Below are positions 13,088-26,929 of a stretch of 64,000 bases of DNA, in pieces. Numbering within the stretch: the first letter of the stretch is position 1; each line of letters starts with the position of its first letter. The notes beneath the pieces were generated by a model, which was not told where the DNA came from, did not search any database, and was given only the letters and a program-made list of their open reading frames with translations. A program made the position numbers and the translations under genes. Origin of the DNA: Phyllosticta citribraziliensis (lineage: Eukaryota). The stretch spans positions 496,001-560,000 of the forward strand of contig NW_027117347.1 in the NCBI RefSeq assembly GCF_038025025.1, read 5' to 3'.

Positions 13088-13948
13088 CTTGGCGTTGGAG
13101 ATGATAGCAAGCATGTAGTGTGCCAAAATTCGAAGTCTAAACCATTTTCATCGGAATGACCGAAAGCTCTATCCTGGATCGCGGTGCATCGTACTCGTAC
13201 CCGTTTCTTAAAAGGTAATGATGCTGCGAGAAGTGCCGGCCGGTTGCCATGTCGTTCTTGCCAGATGCTGTGGTAGGATCGACGAAGATGTCAGATTGCT
13301 CCAGCCCTATTTAAAGCATGGTCGACGCGTGTCCCAATGGCGGACGAGGAGTTTACGTTTGGGGGCCATGGGGTTTGGTGGACGACAAGGAGCGGAACAA
13401 CGGCACAGGGATCGGCAGAGGCCGCATGGAGACCACGCACGCATGGTCAGCGGCGCCACTTGCCCCATCTGGCCACGATATACTCGTCCGCGCCACAACC
13501 AGGGTGTATAGTGGTTGAGTTTAGAGAGGAGTCTTGGAAGTTGTCCAAGTTTAAGGCCTGGCAAAGAGAGGGATGGCGGGGCGGAGATGTGCGGACAGGC
13601 GTCAACTGCCAATCCGACCAGGCGAGGCAAATTCCGCCCGAAACAAGCGCTTCTCCGTCATCATCACGCTTTTGGCCACGCTGCGCTCACTACCCCGTCT
13701 CTAGTCCGCTCCTGCCATGGCTTGTCTTTGGGCTCGGCAAACCCTCTCCGCTGTATGCCTCTGTTTTGCCCCGTCTCCGATTTTCCAGATCCTACACCGA
13801 TGTACCCTGGAAGCTGACAGCTGCTGTCATGGCTGACAATGAGACTGCGCCTTTCCCGTACCAGCCGGACTGTTTAGAGACGTTCGGCGGTTGGCGACTT
13901 CTTGGACCCCTTAGCATCTAGTAGTGTTTTAGCGCAAGTGCGTGCCGT

Positions 13949-14085
13949 TGTAGGACAGAAGTCACATATACAGCAGAATATTAGGAGCAGTACTTTAGTT
14001 AGTTATCCTAGCCTAATAGACCTTAGACTTAGTATTAATTATATAAGTTACTAAAACTAGCTATACCCTAATTATTTAAGTATTA
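13949..14085 (+). repeat. 5' LTR of outer element
   Basis: Matches 31741-31877 with only C>T/G>A differences; starts TGTAGGACAG. Confidence 0.92.
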
Positions 14086-15199
14086 GCTAGTAGTTACTAT
14101 AAGGGAATTAGTAGTAGGTTAATAGTATAGACTTTAATATATTAAGTAACCTAGATTTTAAGTAGTAGAAGTATATATTAAGCTAGTAAAGATAGTCTTA
14201 TTAAATAAATAATATATTAAGTAAACTATATAATACTAAGTAGGTTATTAGTAGTACTAGAAGATAACTATAGGAATTAAATAAAGACTATTAGATAGAT
14301 ATTATACTATTACTTTAGGAAAATAATTACTTATCTTATATATCTCTAGCTATAATAATAATTAGGATATTTAATTTAGAGTATAGCCTAGTATAGTTCT
14401 AAAGTAGAAAGGTACTATTATTATAAGGTAATTTCCTTATAATAATAGTAGTAGCTACTATAGAGATAGTAGTTACCTAAGAGAGCTAAATAACTAGGTC
14501 TTATAGTTACCTTAGTATCTTATTTTCTCTTAACCTTTAATCTCCTTATTATCTACTCTTAATACTAAACTTTATACTCCTATTAATATTCTACTTATTA
14601 TTTATAATACCTCTCTATACTAATAGACTCCTACCTATTATAGTATTAGTTCTTTATCTTAACTATAGCTAAGAAAAGTACTAGTCTAGATCTAGGTTTT
14701 AACTACTTTAAGAGAAGTTATCCCTATTAATATACTATATTAATAACTAACCTAGTACTATTAGATTTAAGTAATAAATTAGAAGTACTAAGTACTCCTT
14801 ATACTCCTTAATACTAACCTTAAGATTTATTATTATTAATCTAAAGGGTTATCTCCTTTATATTAGCTATTATTAATCCTATTATTATCTATCTCCCTAC
14901 CTTAATTTAGAGCTCCTTTAATTTACTTATTAATAAGCTCATCTAATTAAGGATTCTATTATAGCCTCTATAAGATTAACTACTTAGAATATAATCCCTT
15001 TAACTACTTATCCTTTTTAATTATTTATCTTCCTCTATCTTATCCCCTATAAGCCTAATATTTACTTATACTTAGTAAGTTTCCTATATCCTAAGATATA
15101 GTCTATATATAGCTACCTACTATACTTATATAGACTAATATATATAGAGTACTTAGACTAGTTATACTTATAATACTACTAATAGGACTTTAATAACTT

Positions 15200-18082
15200 A
15201 TAGTCTACTATAATTAAACTTATCCTTATTAGAGGAGTTAGTAAGTATTATAGGATCTAAATAAATTTATTAACTTAAAATAATAAATAATATAGAGAAG
15301 GAACTTTAATACCTAATAGAAGAGGCTTAATACTAAGAAGTAGAAAAGGCTTAATATCTAATAAAAGAGGCTTAATACTAGAGAGAAGAAGAGAAGATAT
15401 ATAAAGAAAAGGAATAGTATAAACTTATTAAATATTTAGCTAGAATAGTAGTATCTACTTTTATATCTATTATAATAATAGTTTTCTTAGGTTATTATAG
15501 AGAAGATACTAAATAATAGACTTAATAATATATAATTATATCTTAAATTATTTATTAATATCTTCTAACTAAGGAGTAAGATATTATATAAGTACTATTC
15601 TTAAAGAATTACTTTAAAGGTATAGCTAAGGAGTATTTCTATAGCCTAGATAATAGTATCTATAATAATATTAAGACTATATATAACTACCTATATAAGT
15701 ATTTCCTACCTTAGAGCTAGTATAAGGTAAAATAAGTATACTAAGATTTTACTATACTTTATTAAGGTAGAATACCTTTAGAGGAATATATTATTAAGTC
15801 TAAAAAGATTATTAAGCTTATAGATACTAGTATATTAGAGGTAGTTATTAAGTACTTTATAGAAAATCTTAAAGACTATACTACTAATAGGCTAGTATTA
15901 ATATAGGTTTAAAGTAATTCTAGATAGAAGAGAGGTACTAGATAGAGAGGCCTAGTAATATTTAATAATATAGTTATAATTATTAGAGATATTATTTACC
16001 CTATACCTAGAGGTCTAGCCTTAGAATAAACTTAAAAGATATAGTATATAATTAAGGATAAATAATAGGCTTAGATAATAGGTAGTACTATTAGAGCTTA
16101 ACTTAGTCTAATATATAAGGCTCTTAAGTAGGTTATTATAATAAATATAACTAGTAATAATATCTAGTAAGTATACCCTTATAGTTAGGGAATAAATAAT
16201 AGGACTACCTAGGCTTCTTTAGGTTTTTAGTAAAATAATTAACTACCTCTAGAATTATAATTCTAAGGTAGTAGAGGATAGTAACTAGGCCTAAATCTTT
16301 AGTAGAGTAATTTATACTAGTAACCTAACTCTTTCTAGCTAAGTAGTTAATAGACTAACTCCTATTAACTAAGTACTTAATAATAGTACCTAAGAGAATA
16401 GTTCTTAGCCTAAGATACTTAATTAACTTAATAATAATAGTACCTAAATTAGTTTATATAACCCTAAGAAGCTTACTTAGAGCTACTATACTTTAATTAC
16501 TAGGAAGATAAACCTAACTATTACTATAGTAATAAGTATCTATATACTAGGAAGATATATAAAGAGAGGTATAGATATAAAGCTAAATAGTATTAGAATA
16601 ATAACTAACTATTATATAAATTTCTAGAAACCTATAATAGCTAGTAGAATCCTAATACTAGTAATACCTACTTTATAGAGGAGTACTCTCTATATAGAAT
16701 ATAAAGTAGAGTAGTATTACCTAAGATCTATAATATCTTAAACTACTACTTTTATAAAGTATAGTAGTTAGGAGTTAATATAGTCTAGGAAGAGCTACTT
16801 AATAAAGAAAGTTTTACTATAGAGGCTTAAAGAGAATTAACTAAAGAAGAGGTCTATACTATAAAGAGAGCTAGGGTTAATAATATAAGTAATATTAATA
16901 ATAAAGTTCCTTAATCTAAGTAATATAACCTATTTCTACTATAGGTACTAGATAACTAATAGGTATTAAATAGCTAGGCTCCTTAGAAGCCTTAATAGTT
17001 AGCTACTAATAACCCCTTTATAAGGGCCTAAATAGGTACTCTACCTATCCTATCTATATAGAAGTTCTACCTATAAGACTAGCTACCCTTCTTATTAGCT
17101 AATAGAAAGTTAATATTCTAGGGTAACTTAGACCTATTATTACTACTAAGATTCTAACCTCTAGGCTATAGTACTACCTAGTAGCTAGCTAGCTAGTAGT
17201 AGAACTAGATACCTTAACCTATACTAGCTAAGTATATATAATTTACTAACCCTCTAGAGATACTATTCTAACTTACTTCTAATCCTAGCTATTTAAGTCC
17301 TATATAGCTTAATAAAGATAAGCTAGTAGATATAAGTAAGCTTAAGAAGAAGAAGAAGGCTATAAAACTACTAATTATTTAGATAATACTAAACTAGCCT
17401 ACTTATAACTTTATAAAGGTAATTAGTAAGATATAATTACCCCTAGACTTCTATATAAAATACCTCTTCTAATTATTATCTAAGGTATATACCTTATTAG
17501 TAAAGGGCCTAGCTATTAAGAGGATAAGGAAGAAGAAGAAGGTCCTAAATAAAACTATAAATATTTAATTCTATAAGGAGACTATATTATTCTATAATAA
17601 TAGTATTAGTAACCTATATATTAAGAACTTCTATATTACTATTATTATATACTAACTAAGTAATAGCCTAGATTCTTATCTCTAGTAAATAAGAGAAGTC
17701 CTTATTAATATAGGTACTATAATAAACCTTATCCTTAAGGAGATAATCTAAATAATATAGTTACTAGTCTATATAGTATATATACCTTATTAAATATATA
17801 CTACTAAGGGCCCTAATTACCTATATTACTTTATTTACTTTATTATTATAGTTATAAATATAGACTTCTTAGTCTAGATATAGGTTACTAATTAAGCTAA
17901 CCTATAGAGTATTTTACTTAGTTAACCTTAGCTATACTATACTATAATAAATAAGAATTATAAGGTATAAATATTAACTATTAAGGGACTAGATAGTTAT
18001 CTAATTAATATTCTTAGAAACTATACTATATTTCCCTAGAACCTACTAGAGATAATTATTAAGGAGAAGATAAATATTAAGC
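15200..18082 (+). pseudogene. Outer element gag-protease frame (RIP-inactivated); continues after the nested insert at 26252-~26535
   Basis: One frame with TAA/TAG stops; LINIGTIINLI at 17701 back-mutates to LIDTGATMNLI (aspartic protease); ILL(G)(Q/R)P(W)L at ~17911; frame resumes after the TSD; start approximate. Confidence 0.75.
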
Positions 18083-18485
18083 TATTATGACTTATAGATT
18101 TCTTATTACGCAGGTGAGGGCTAAAGGTAAACTGCTAGAGAATATATATATATCTTAATTAAATCTAATAAGTTAAAAGAATAAAATATAAAAGATACTT
18201 ACTACCTATATATTTCCTAGTCCTTCCTTTATACTATTCTACCTCTTATCCTTTATATAAGGGTCCTTAGTCATTATTAGGTAAGTTATAAAGGTAAGGT
18301 ATTAATAGGCTGTTATGTGGTATCTTCCTAAGGCTATAGTAGCTGGTGCCAGCCTGTAGGTTTTAGCCTGAGTTGTAATAAGCTACTGCCTGAGGTGAGG
18401 CTTATACTTCTTATAACCGCGCGATACTAGGTTTGTCCATGCTGGCCCTGGTACTTGTATAGGTATATATACGCCTATTGTGATA
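18083..18485 (-). repeat. 3' LTR of nested element
   Basis: Direct repeat of 25844-26246; termini TATTATGA...TTGTGATA back-mutate to TGTCACGA...TCGTGACA. Confidence 0.92.
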
Positions 18486-20329
18486 TGCCCCCCCTAAAGA
18501 GAAGCTAAAATTGTAGGAATTAGCAGCTATAGGCACTTATATAGGCGCAGACTTATAATGTGTAATAGTAGTAATTTAGTAATTTAAGCATTCTATGCGC
18601 GTAGTATAATTATTAGTCTAGGTCTACTACTATACTATCTCTTTCTATTACCATCTCTTTTACTACACAACCTATAGAAGGTTACTATCTTACTTAGCTA
18701 TATCTAAAGCTCCCTATTAAAGTATATTATTATCCTAGTCTAATTTAGCTATAATCTAGTAAACTAACTATTGCGCGCGAAGGTTTTAATAATTTAAATA
18801 ATTTATACCCTACTAATAGTAAAGTAGACATTCCTAGCTGCTATATACTTAATATATCTACTACTCATCATAGTCCAGTCTATTAGGACTTATTACTATT
18901 ATATAAGAGTTATAGTGTTAAGTTATTATCACGCGGCGTTATTTATAATCTGTTATAGTTGCTACTTACTTAGAGAGCTGTTTTAGCTAGTAGTATCTAT
19001 AAGGACTATTATATAGAGTCCTAAGGTAAGTAAACTTTAATTCTATCTCTAACTATTACTAATTGTTATCTAGGCTGTTAAGTAGCATTATATATCTAGG
19101 TTTTACTACTTTATCATCTCATCTTACCAACTAATATAATTATAGAGGAGGACACTTATATAAAGACTTAGTTAGGCCAGGCTTTACTTATTTAGCTAGA
19201 AATAGCTATAGGCTTATTACTTTACCTATAGTATACTATAGTATTAGGTTCTACTTAATTAGTATTATTAGTTATTATATAAGGTTTATCATCTACAGCT
19301 ATATAGCCTGCTACTAACCAGCCTATTATGCTATGTCACTACTAGTTCGCTATCGCGCAGCCTGTTTTAGAGGAAGAAGGTAAAGAGCCTACTTATATAT
19401 ACTATTATTATAATCCTATAGCTTATTAGGTTCTAGTAGCTAAGTACTTGCTACCTGCTGCTTTATATAATAGCAGTAATAGTAAGATTTGCGTTGCAGC
19501 ATTACTAGTTAGCTCTAATAAGGTGCCTATTAAGTAGGACTTTAAGTTGATGCTTTATATCCCTTATAAGAATATAGAGAGTGTCGCGTAAGTAAGTTTA
19601 TCTTACTAATATAAGGGATTCTTATCTAACTAACTATATAGGTGCACCTTAGTAGTTCTAAAGTATAAGAGCGCGCTAAGCATATCTTGGCCTTAGGTAA
19701 CAGTATACCTTACTTGTATATTATAGTTTCTACTTAGTAATTTAACTACTTATTAGTTAAAACTTAAGCTAGCTTGCGCGATGCTTTTCTTATCTAGTAT
19801 ACTAGAATTAATAACCCTATTAGCTGTATTAAGTGTTATAATAATACTAATACTTACGCGTTTATTAGTTATTACCACCTGCCTAGTTTCTTATAGGGCT
19901 GCTGTGCTAACTGCCTTTAGGGTATAGGCAACCTTAACTATACTATAAGTAACTTAAAGGGTGCTAAGCCGCCTGCTTATTATAAGAGGTATAAAGATAA
20001 AATTTATATAGAGGAGTTCTAGAACTTATACTACTAAGCTAGGTTAGAGGATTAAACTAATTAGGCTTTAGCTAAGTAGGACATCCTGCCTAATAAGCTA
20101 GAAGATCTAGAGGAGATGGTCTTATATAATAACTATTATAATAAGAAGAAGGGAAAAGGAAAGAAGTAAAGGGTAGAAATTAAAGAAGAGAATAGTAGGG
20201 AATAAGTAGTAAAAAGGAGAGACTAGAGAGTAGAAGTTAAGATTAATAGTATTTATATAAGGGTAGATAGTAAACTAATTAGTCTACTTTCTATATCTTT
20301 ATAATATTTACTATAGGCCTAAGTAACTT

Positions 20330-23300
20330 GTTTTATTATTACTTTCTATTTTAATCTATAGTTCTTCTTAGAGGAAGGCAGCCTTCTATTTTTCTAGATT
20401 TTTTAGTAGTCCTACTATAATAGGGTATAATAAGTAGAATTCTTTAATTTTCTATAGTGCGCCACTAAAAGAACTTGTATTATACTACTAGTCATCTTAG
20501 TTATATCTAGTCTATTTAACTTAGTATTAAAGCTTCCTATATAAGACTTAACTAGCTTAAATATAGTCTACTTCCCACTTAGGCTCGTCTTAAATAATCT
20601 TAGGTTTAGGTTTAGTATATTCCTAACTAGGAAGCTGTTCCATTTCAGCCTTATATAGCCTATTAGTATAGAAAAGGTTAACTATCTTTATATATAAGGG
20701 AAGATTAAGGATATAGGAGGATCCTTCTATTCCTATAATCTTAAAAGGTCTAGTATTAGGAAAGTCTAATTTAAGGTTTAGCTAATTAGTAGACTATCCT
20801 ATTTTCTTAATATAGATATAATCTCTAACTATAAAGTCTGGTGTGTAATAGTATTTATTAGCTTATTAGTGCATATGCTCTTAGGATTTAAAAATAAGAT
20901 TCTTTATAAATTTAAAAGCTTCTTATCTTCTCTTTTATAGTATTTATACTACTATACAAGCTATCTTCTCTAGTTACTAGGGGGTCTTAGTTCTTTATTA
21001 CTAGTTATAGTATATTTAAGGGGAATATCCTAACTCAATCTTAAAAGATAAAAGTCTAGTAGCTTTATAGGGAAGTGTTACTTGTGTGAGGTCTATTAAT
21101 AGTAGAAGATTAGACTAATTATTCTAAAAGTAATTAATAAAAGGTCTTAATCTTTATATAAGATGCTAATTAACAATCTCTATAATACTATTAGTTTAAG
21201 AGTAGTAGGATGAGTTAAAATACTACTCTATACTAGTTAGCTTATATAGTTTATTTATAAACGCTAAGATGAACTAAGGGCCTTAGTTAGATAGGATAGA
21301 CTTAGGGTTTCTATAAATATAGTAGATATATTTATAAAAGAGCCTAGAGACTCCTTTAGCATTAATCTTTTTTATATAAGGCAAACTAAAGGTTCTTTAA
21401 CTTAACTAGTCTATAATAACTAGGATTGTATTATAGCCCTTTTAGTCTTTAGGCATCTCTTTAAAATCTATAGCTAAGTATTACTAGGGTTGAGTGGGAA
21501 TCTCTAGGGGTTATAGAAGGCCTAGGTCTTTATTATAAAACTCTTTTATTTAGTAGTAAATATGGTATCCTTGCCTATAAATATTAATCGTATAATTTAT
21601 AGCTAGCTAGTAGTAATATTGCTTAAGGAGTTTTCGCATCTTTATAATACTAGAATAGGCAGTTATATAGGTAGTATATAAAGTATTAAGTATTCTTATA
21701 CAGAGGTTATCACGATCTAGTATAAAGAGGGTGCTATATTATAGTAAAAGACTATCTTTTAGTTCCTAACTATTTCTTTATTTAAGGTCTTTTAAGAGGG
21801 CTTTCTATCTCTAGAGTTCTAATTTAGAATCTTTCTAGTTTACATAGAGGAGTTTATCTAAAAATAATACTAGAGGAGGAAGTTCTTATTCTAAAATAGA
21901 AAGAGGGATAATAGTCTCTAGTAGGATAAGGCATATCTCTTATATAGCCCTTACTTTTTCTTTTTAAGTCTTTAGGTCTTCTTATTTTTAAGTAAGGTAA
22001 TTAGTAATGATATTTTCCTTTCCTAGTTAATAGGAGAATTATATATAGAATTCTATAAAAAACTTAGACTATCTAGCTTATTATTAATTGAGTTATCATT
22101 TAGTAGAGTAGTACTCTAATACCTAATAGTCTATAATTATAAGAAAAGGTTTTTTAAGGCTAATAAGTATTAGTCTCTATTCTTCTAGTCTATTCTTAAT
22201 AGCTAGTAGTTCTTTATCTAAAATTCTATAATAAAGTTCTGCATCTGCCATTGCCTTAGAGTAGAAGGCTACTAGTTTCTAATTGTATAAAGGTTATTAG
22301 AGCTGTGTTAAAATACCTATAGTAACTCTATTACTTATATTAGTCTCTATATGAGTGTTAAGAGTAGGGTTGTAGTTAGCTAGAAGTGTATTACTATATA
22401 TTAGCTTCTTAAGTTACTAAATTGCCTCTTCTTCTAGGGGTCCTAGTTATTACCATTTTACCTTAGAGTATAGTTTCTCTAATAGTTAGCTAATTTATCT
22501 ATAGTTAGGGAGAAATTGTTAGTAGAAATTATAGAAACCTAGGAAGGATTAAAGAGCTTTAAGGGTTTTTAGTATTAGCTAGTTTTATATAGGTTCTACC
22601 TTATCTAGGTCTATTTAAATGCCTTCTATAGAAACGATGTATCTAAGAAACTTTATATAAGTAACTAAAAACTCACTCTTCTTTAAATCTACCTATAGTC
22701 CTGCTTTTTATAGTCTTACTAGTACTTTTTTTACTTATTCCTCATGCTCTATAGGGTTTTTAGAGATAATAAGTATATTATCTATAAAAGCTATAATGAA
22801 ATTATCTAAATACTTAAAGAGAACCTGGTTAATAAAATATTAAAAGGCTGCTAGTCTATTACTTAATCTAAAAGGTAAGATATAGTATTTAAATAACCTA
22901 TATCTTATATAGAAAGTAGTTTTATCTTTAAAATCCTTAGTAAGATAGATGTAGTAGAAAGCTTATTAAATATTAAGCTTAGTATAAATCTTGCCCTTTC
23001 TAACGCGCTAAAGCAACTCTATAATAAGAGGGAGGGGGTGCAAATCCTTAGTAGTTTATTTATTAAGCTATTAGTAGTCTATATAAAATCTCTATCCCCT
23101 ACTAGGCTTTTTTACTATGAGAATAGGAGAAGCATAGGCAGTAAAGCTCTTAGTAATAAAGCCTTTCTAAAGGTTCTTAATAATATACTCTTTTATAGCC
23201 TTAAGCTGCTCTAGAGATATTCTATAGAGAGGACTAGGTAGAAGCTCTAGTAGACTATTATATATAAGAGATATTTTATAATCAACCCCTATGTAATATA

Positions 23301-25450
23301 GTAGTAGCTTATTAGACTCTATTTTAGAAAACACATCTTGAAATTCCTTATAAGCAGCTAGTAGCTTAGAAGCTAGTAATTCCTTAGTTTCCTTATCTTT
23401 AAGAGCTGCTTAAACTTATATAAGGTTAATAGTATAGATCTCTATTAGTGCAACTTGTATTTTATAAATAGAAAGCTTAAATACATCTTAAGTTTAGAAT
23501 TTAATTCCCTTAATAACCTATACTAAGGGAAGGAGGCATTTATTAAATTTTTTATCTTTATAGTCTATATCTGCTTAGTATTTTTTCTGCGGTTCTTTAC
23601 TTTGCACGGAGATTTTTAGTAGGCGTAGAAGATGCTAAAAGGACTAGTTAACTAGTAGCTATCTCTAGACTAGTTTGCGTTATTTATAGTCTAGGAGGAT
23701 GTCATGCTAGTTAAAAAACTATTACCTAAGAATTATGTTATTACAGCTAATATTGTAAATAAAAGTATAAGTAGAAACCATTTAATCTTAGAAATAGAGT
23801 TAAAGATAAAAGTAAAAATTAACTTTCTTATTTATATATTAGTTAAACCTAGTAATATTAAGCCCTTTACCTATTATTCTCTTTTTTACAGCACCTATAG
23901 ACTAGAGAGTTAGTAGTAGCTTAGGGTAAATAAAACTTATACTACTAGTACTAGTATTAGCTAGGGCACAAATTTCTAAGGCGCAGCTATTAGATATAAT
24001 TAAGGTTTGTACAGTAAAGGGTACACCTCTAATAAAGTAACTAAGATTTATATAAGAACCTTTAATATATATTACTCTAAGTTTAGACCTAAGGTAGGAG
24101 ACTTTACCTAGGTCTTATTATTTTCTAATAAAGACTAATCTCCTTTATTTATATAGATATCTTTAGCACTTTCTTCTTCTACTAACTCTATTACCTTTAT
24201 CTCTAGTTATAGGCATTACCTCTATAAATAGCTAAACTAGCCATAGCAATTATATAGTCTAATCTCTATATAGACTTCTACTTTGCCTTTATAGGTTGTA
24301 TCATATAAGGGAGCCCTAGACATAGATTATATCTAGGTATAACTAGAAGATAAAGTACTTATACTACCTAAGGTAGTTATCTTTACTTATTCTTATTATC
24401 TCTTCTTTACTCTTTCCTTACGCGACGTAAGCGTTAGTTTTCTACAGTTAGAATAGTAGTTACTAAGACTTTAAGTAATAGGGTAGGCTTATTAGAGGTA
24501 CTTATAAAAGTTAACATCCTTATCTTACTCTATAGTAACTATATAGGTTTAAAGGAGAGGATCTATTATATTATAAAAGTCCTCTTTCTACTATTCCTAG
24601 GGAAGATCTACATCTAAGGCTAATTATATAAAGTTTAATTAAAACTTCTAAAGGTCTATAGGAATATAGTATATAAGAAAGTATAACTACTTCTTTATAT
24701 CCTTATATTTATATAGACTCTAGAGGAGGTTATCTAGGAATTTAAAGATATCCTTATCTAGAGTAACTTTATTAGCCTTTATATAAGAAGTAAGGAAAGG
24801 AGTTAAGTAATATAAGACTTCTCTACTAATATAGGAAATAATATAACCTATAATGTTCTATTTAGTCTCCTCTACTATATCTTTAGTAAAGTGATTGTAG
24901 TTTTATTTAATTTTATTTTATATAAGGAGGGTCTAGTATTTATATAAGGGGTCTTCTCTATTAGTAAGAAGAGGAGGATTAGGAACCTTACTACTTTAGT
25001 ATTTCTTACTACTTAAAGATAAAGTAGAGGTTTTAGTAGTAGTTTCCCTTATATAGGTAGGAGGATCTTAAGAGAGAGTAATAGGTCTTAGGTTCTAGCC
25101 TAATAGAGAGGGCCTAATATATCCTTCCCTTAAGGCTTCCCTTAGCCTATTAGTGTAGTTTAAGAGCGTTTACTTAAGAGCCTAGTTCTGCCTTTACGCG
25201 CGGTTTAGTTACTGCTATACTTAAGACTTATTTAAGGATGCAATCTTAGATTTAAATTAATTAATATCTGAGCGCGGTACCTTTATAAATACCTCTATAA
25301 CTAGAGCTTAAATCGCATAAGTTGACCCTAGGTCTTAGGTATGTTCTTTTACCTCTACTACTAGGACTAAGTAGAAATTATATAGGAGAATAGGGGTAGG
25401 TCCTCTCTTATTATTATTTAATAAAAGTCTAGTATTACGTGAATCTTTAG
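20330..25450 (-). pseudogene. Nested element gag-pol remnant (CCHC, PR, RT, RNase H, IN, chromodomain)
   Basis: De-RIPed motifs: CxxCxxxxHxxxxC ~24205-24265; ALADTGAS ~23940-23970; SPILxVKK..GGWRFCVDY ~23070-23135; FEYxVLPFGLSNGPAAFQ ~22840-22895; FVDDILI 22768-22788; PVAFYSK..DKELLAI ~22200-22280; HPQTDGxTE ~21175-21205; KWTGY..EFHxxYP..GPP ~20400-20520; ends approximate. Confidence 0.88.
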
Positions 25451-25843
25451 TCTCTTTATATAAATCTTGTTAAGTTAATTAACTAGTACTAATACCTTTA
25501 GTAGTGCTAGATGTATTAGCTTTATTCTTAGCTATACTATCTTTATAGTCTTCTACTTAGAATGTTCCTTAAGTAGGTTATAGATAGGATGCCTCCTAAA
25601 TATTTATATACTACTCTATAGCCTTAACTAAAGACTTCTATAGTTAATATATACTTAATACTCCTTGGTCCTTAGATAACACTAATGCGCCTAATAAGGA
25701 TGACTTAGGTTTACTAGGGAAAAGTAATAAGTGGTCTTATATAAGACTGTAGCTGTATATAATATTGCTTAGGTTAAATATTATAATACCTTTATAGGTA
25801 AAGAAGTAGAATAGAGCTGAAACTTAAAATAATCTTTTATATC

Positions 25844-26246
25844 TATTATAACTTATAGATTTCTTATTACATAGGTAAGGGCTAAAGGTAAACTACTAGA
25901 GAATATATATATATCTTAATTAAATCTAATAAGTTAAAAGAATAAAATATAAAAGATACTTACTACCTATATATTTTCTAGTCCTTCCTTTATACTATTC
26001 TACCTCTTATCCTTTATATAAGGGTCCTTGGTTATTATTAGGTAAGTTATAAAGGTAAGGTATTAATAGGCTATTATATGGTATCTTCCTAAGGCTGTAG
26101 TGGCTGGTGCCAGCCTATAGGTTTTAGCCTGAGCTATAGTAGGCTGCTGCCTAAGGTGAGGCTCGTGCTTCCTATAACTGTATAATGCTAGGTTTATCCG
26201 TGCTGGCCCTGGTACTTGTGTAGGCGCGTATATGCCTATTATGATA
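25844..26246 (-). repeat. 5' LTR of nested element
   Basis: Direct repeat of 18083-18485 differing by transitions. Confidence 0.92.
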
Positions 26247-26929
26247 TAAGCTATTCTTTTTTAGTAGTAATAAGTTAGATAATATACTAATATTCCTACC
26301 TCTATATAAACTACTAGACCTACTTAAGGAGGATAGTAGTAATAAGAAGGAGGAAGATAATAATAATATTATCCTAGAAGAAGTAGAGATATATTTATTA
26401 AAGTTACTCTTTAAGTTAGGCTTTAGTCCTAATAGTTTTAGCTATAATATAAGTAAAGATACTAAGAACTATAACTTAAATAATAGTAATCTAAAGGATA
26501 CTTACTATTCTAGATATTTAGGAAATATATATTACTAACTACTAAGCTAGGAGTAGTTAGTATTAAGGAGTAAGACCTAGTAAGTAATACTAAATTAATA
26601 ATATTATACCTTAAGGTATCTTAACTACCCCCTATATAATAGCCCTTTCTAGTTAAGTGCTATAAATTTACTAGCCTATCTATAGTAGTATCCCTTAAGT
26701 TAGTAAGATTTATAACTATAAAAGTAAACTCTATAGAGAGTAAAGAACCCTTAGCTACTATAACTAGTATAGTAGGAATTAATAAGAAGGATATTATCTA
26801 TTACTATTCTCTAGGTAATATAATTAAGACTTAATAGCCTATATTAGATATAGAGTTAAGTATTTACTATTAATAGGGGGACTATAGATAATGCTATTAC
26901 TAGAAGGCTAGACTATTAAGACCCCTAAA

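Larger units (their letters stand above)
18083..26246 (-). mobile_element. Nested RIP-degraded Ty3/gypsy chromovirus (8164 bp)
   Basis: 403-bp LTRs, perfect 5-bp TSD TAAGC (18078-18082 / 26247-26251), minus-strand G-run PPT at ~18488-18494, gag/pol motifs on the minus strand. Confidence 0.93.

Noticed and set aside
23704..23913. Only intact ORF fully inside the AT-rich block
   Set aside because: Chance frame antisense to the RIPed pol
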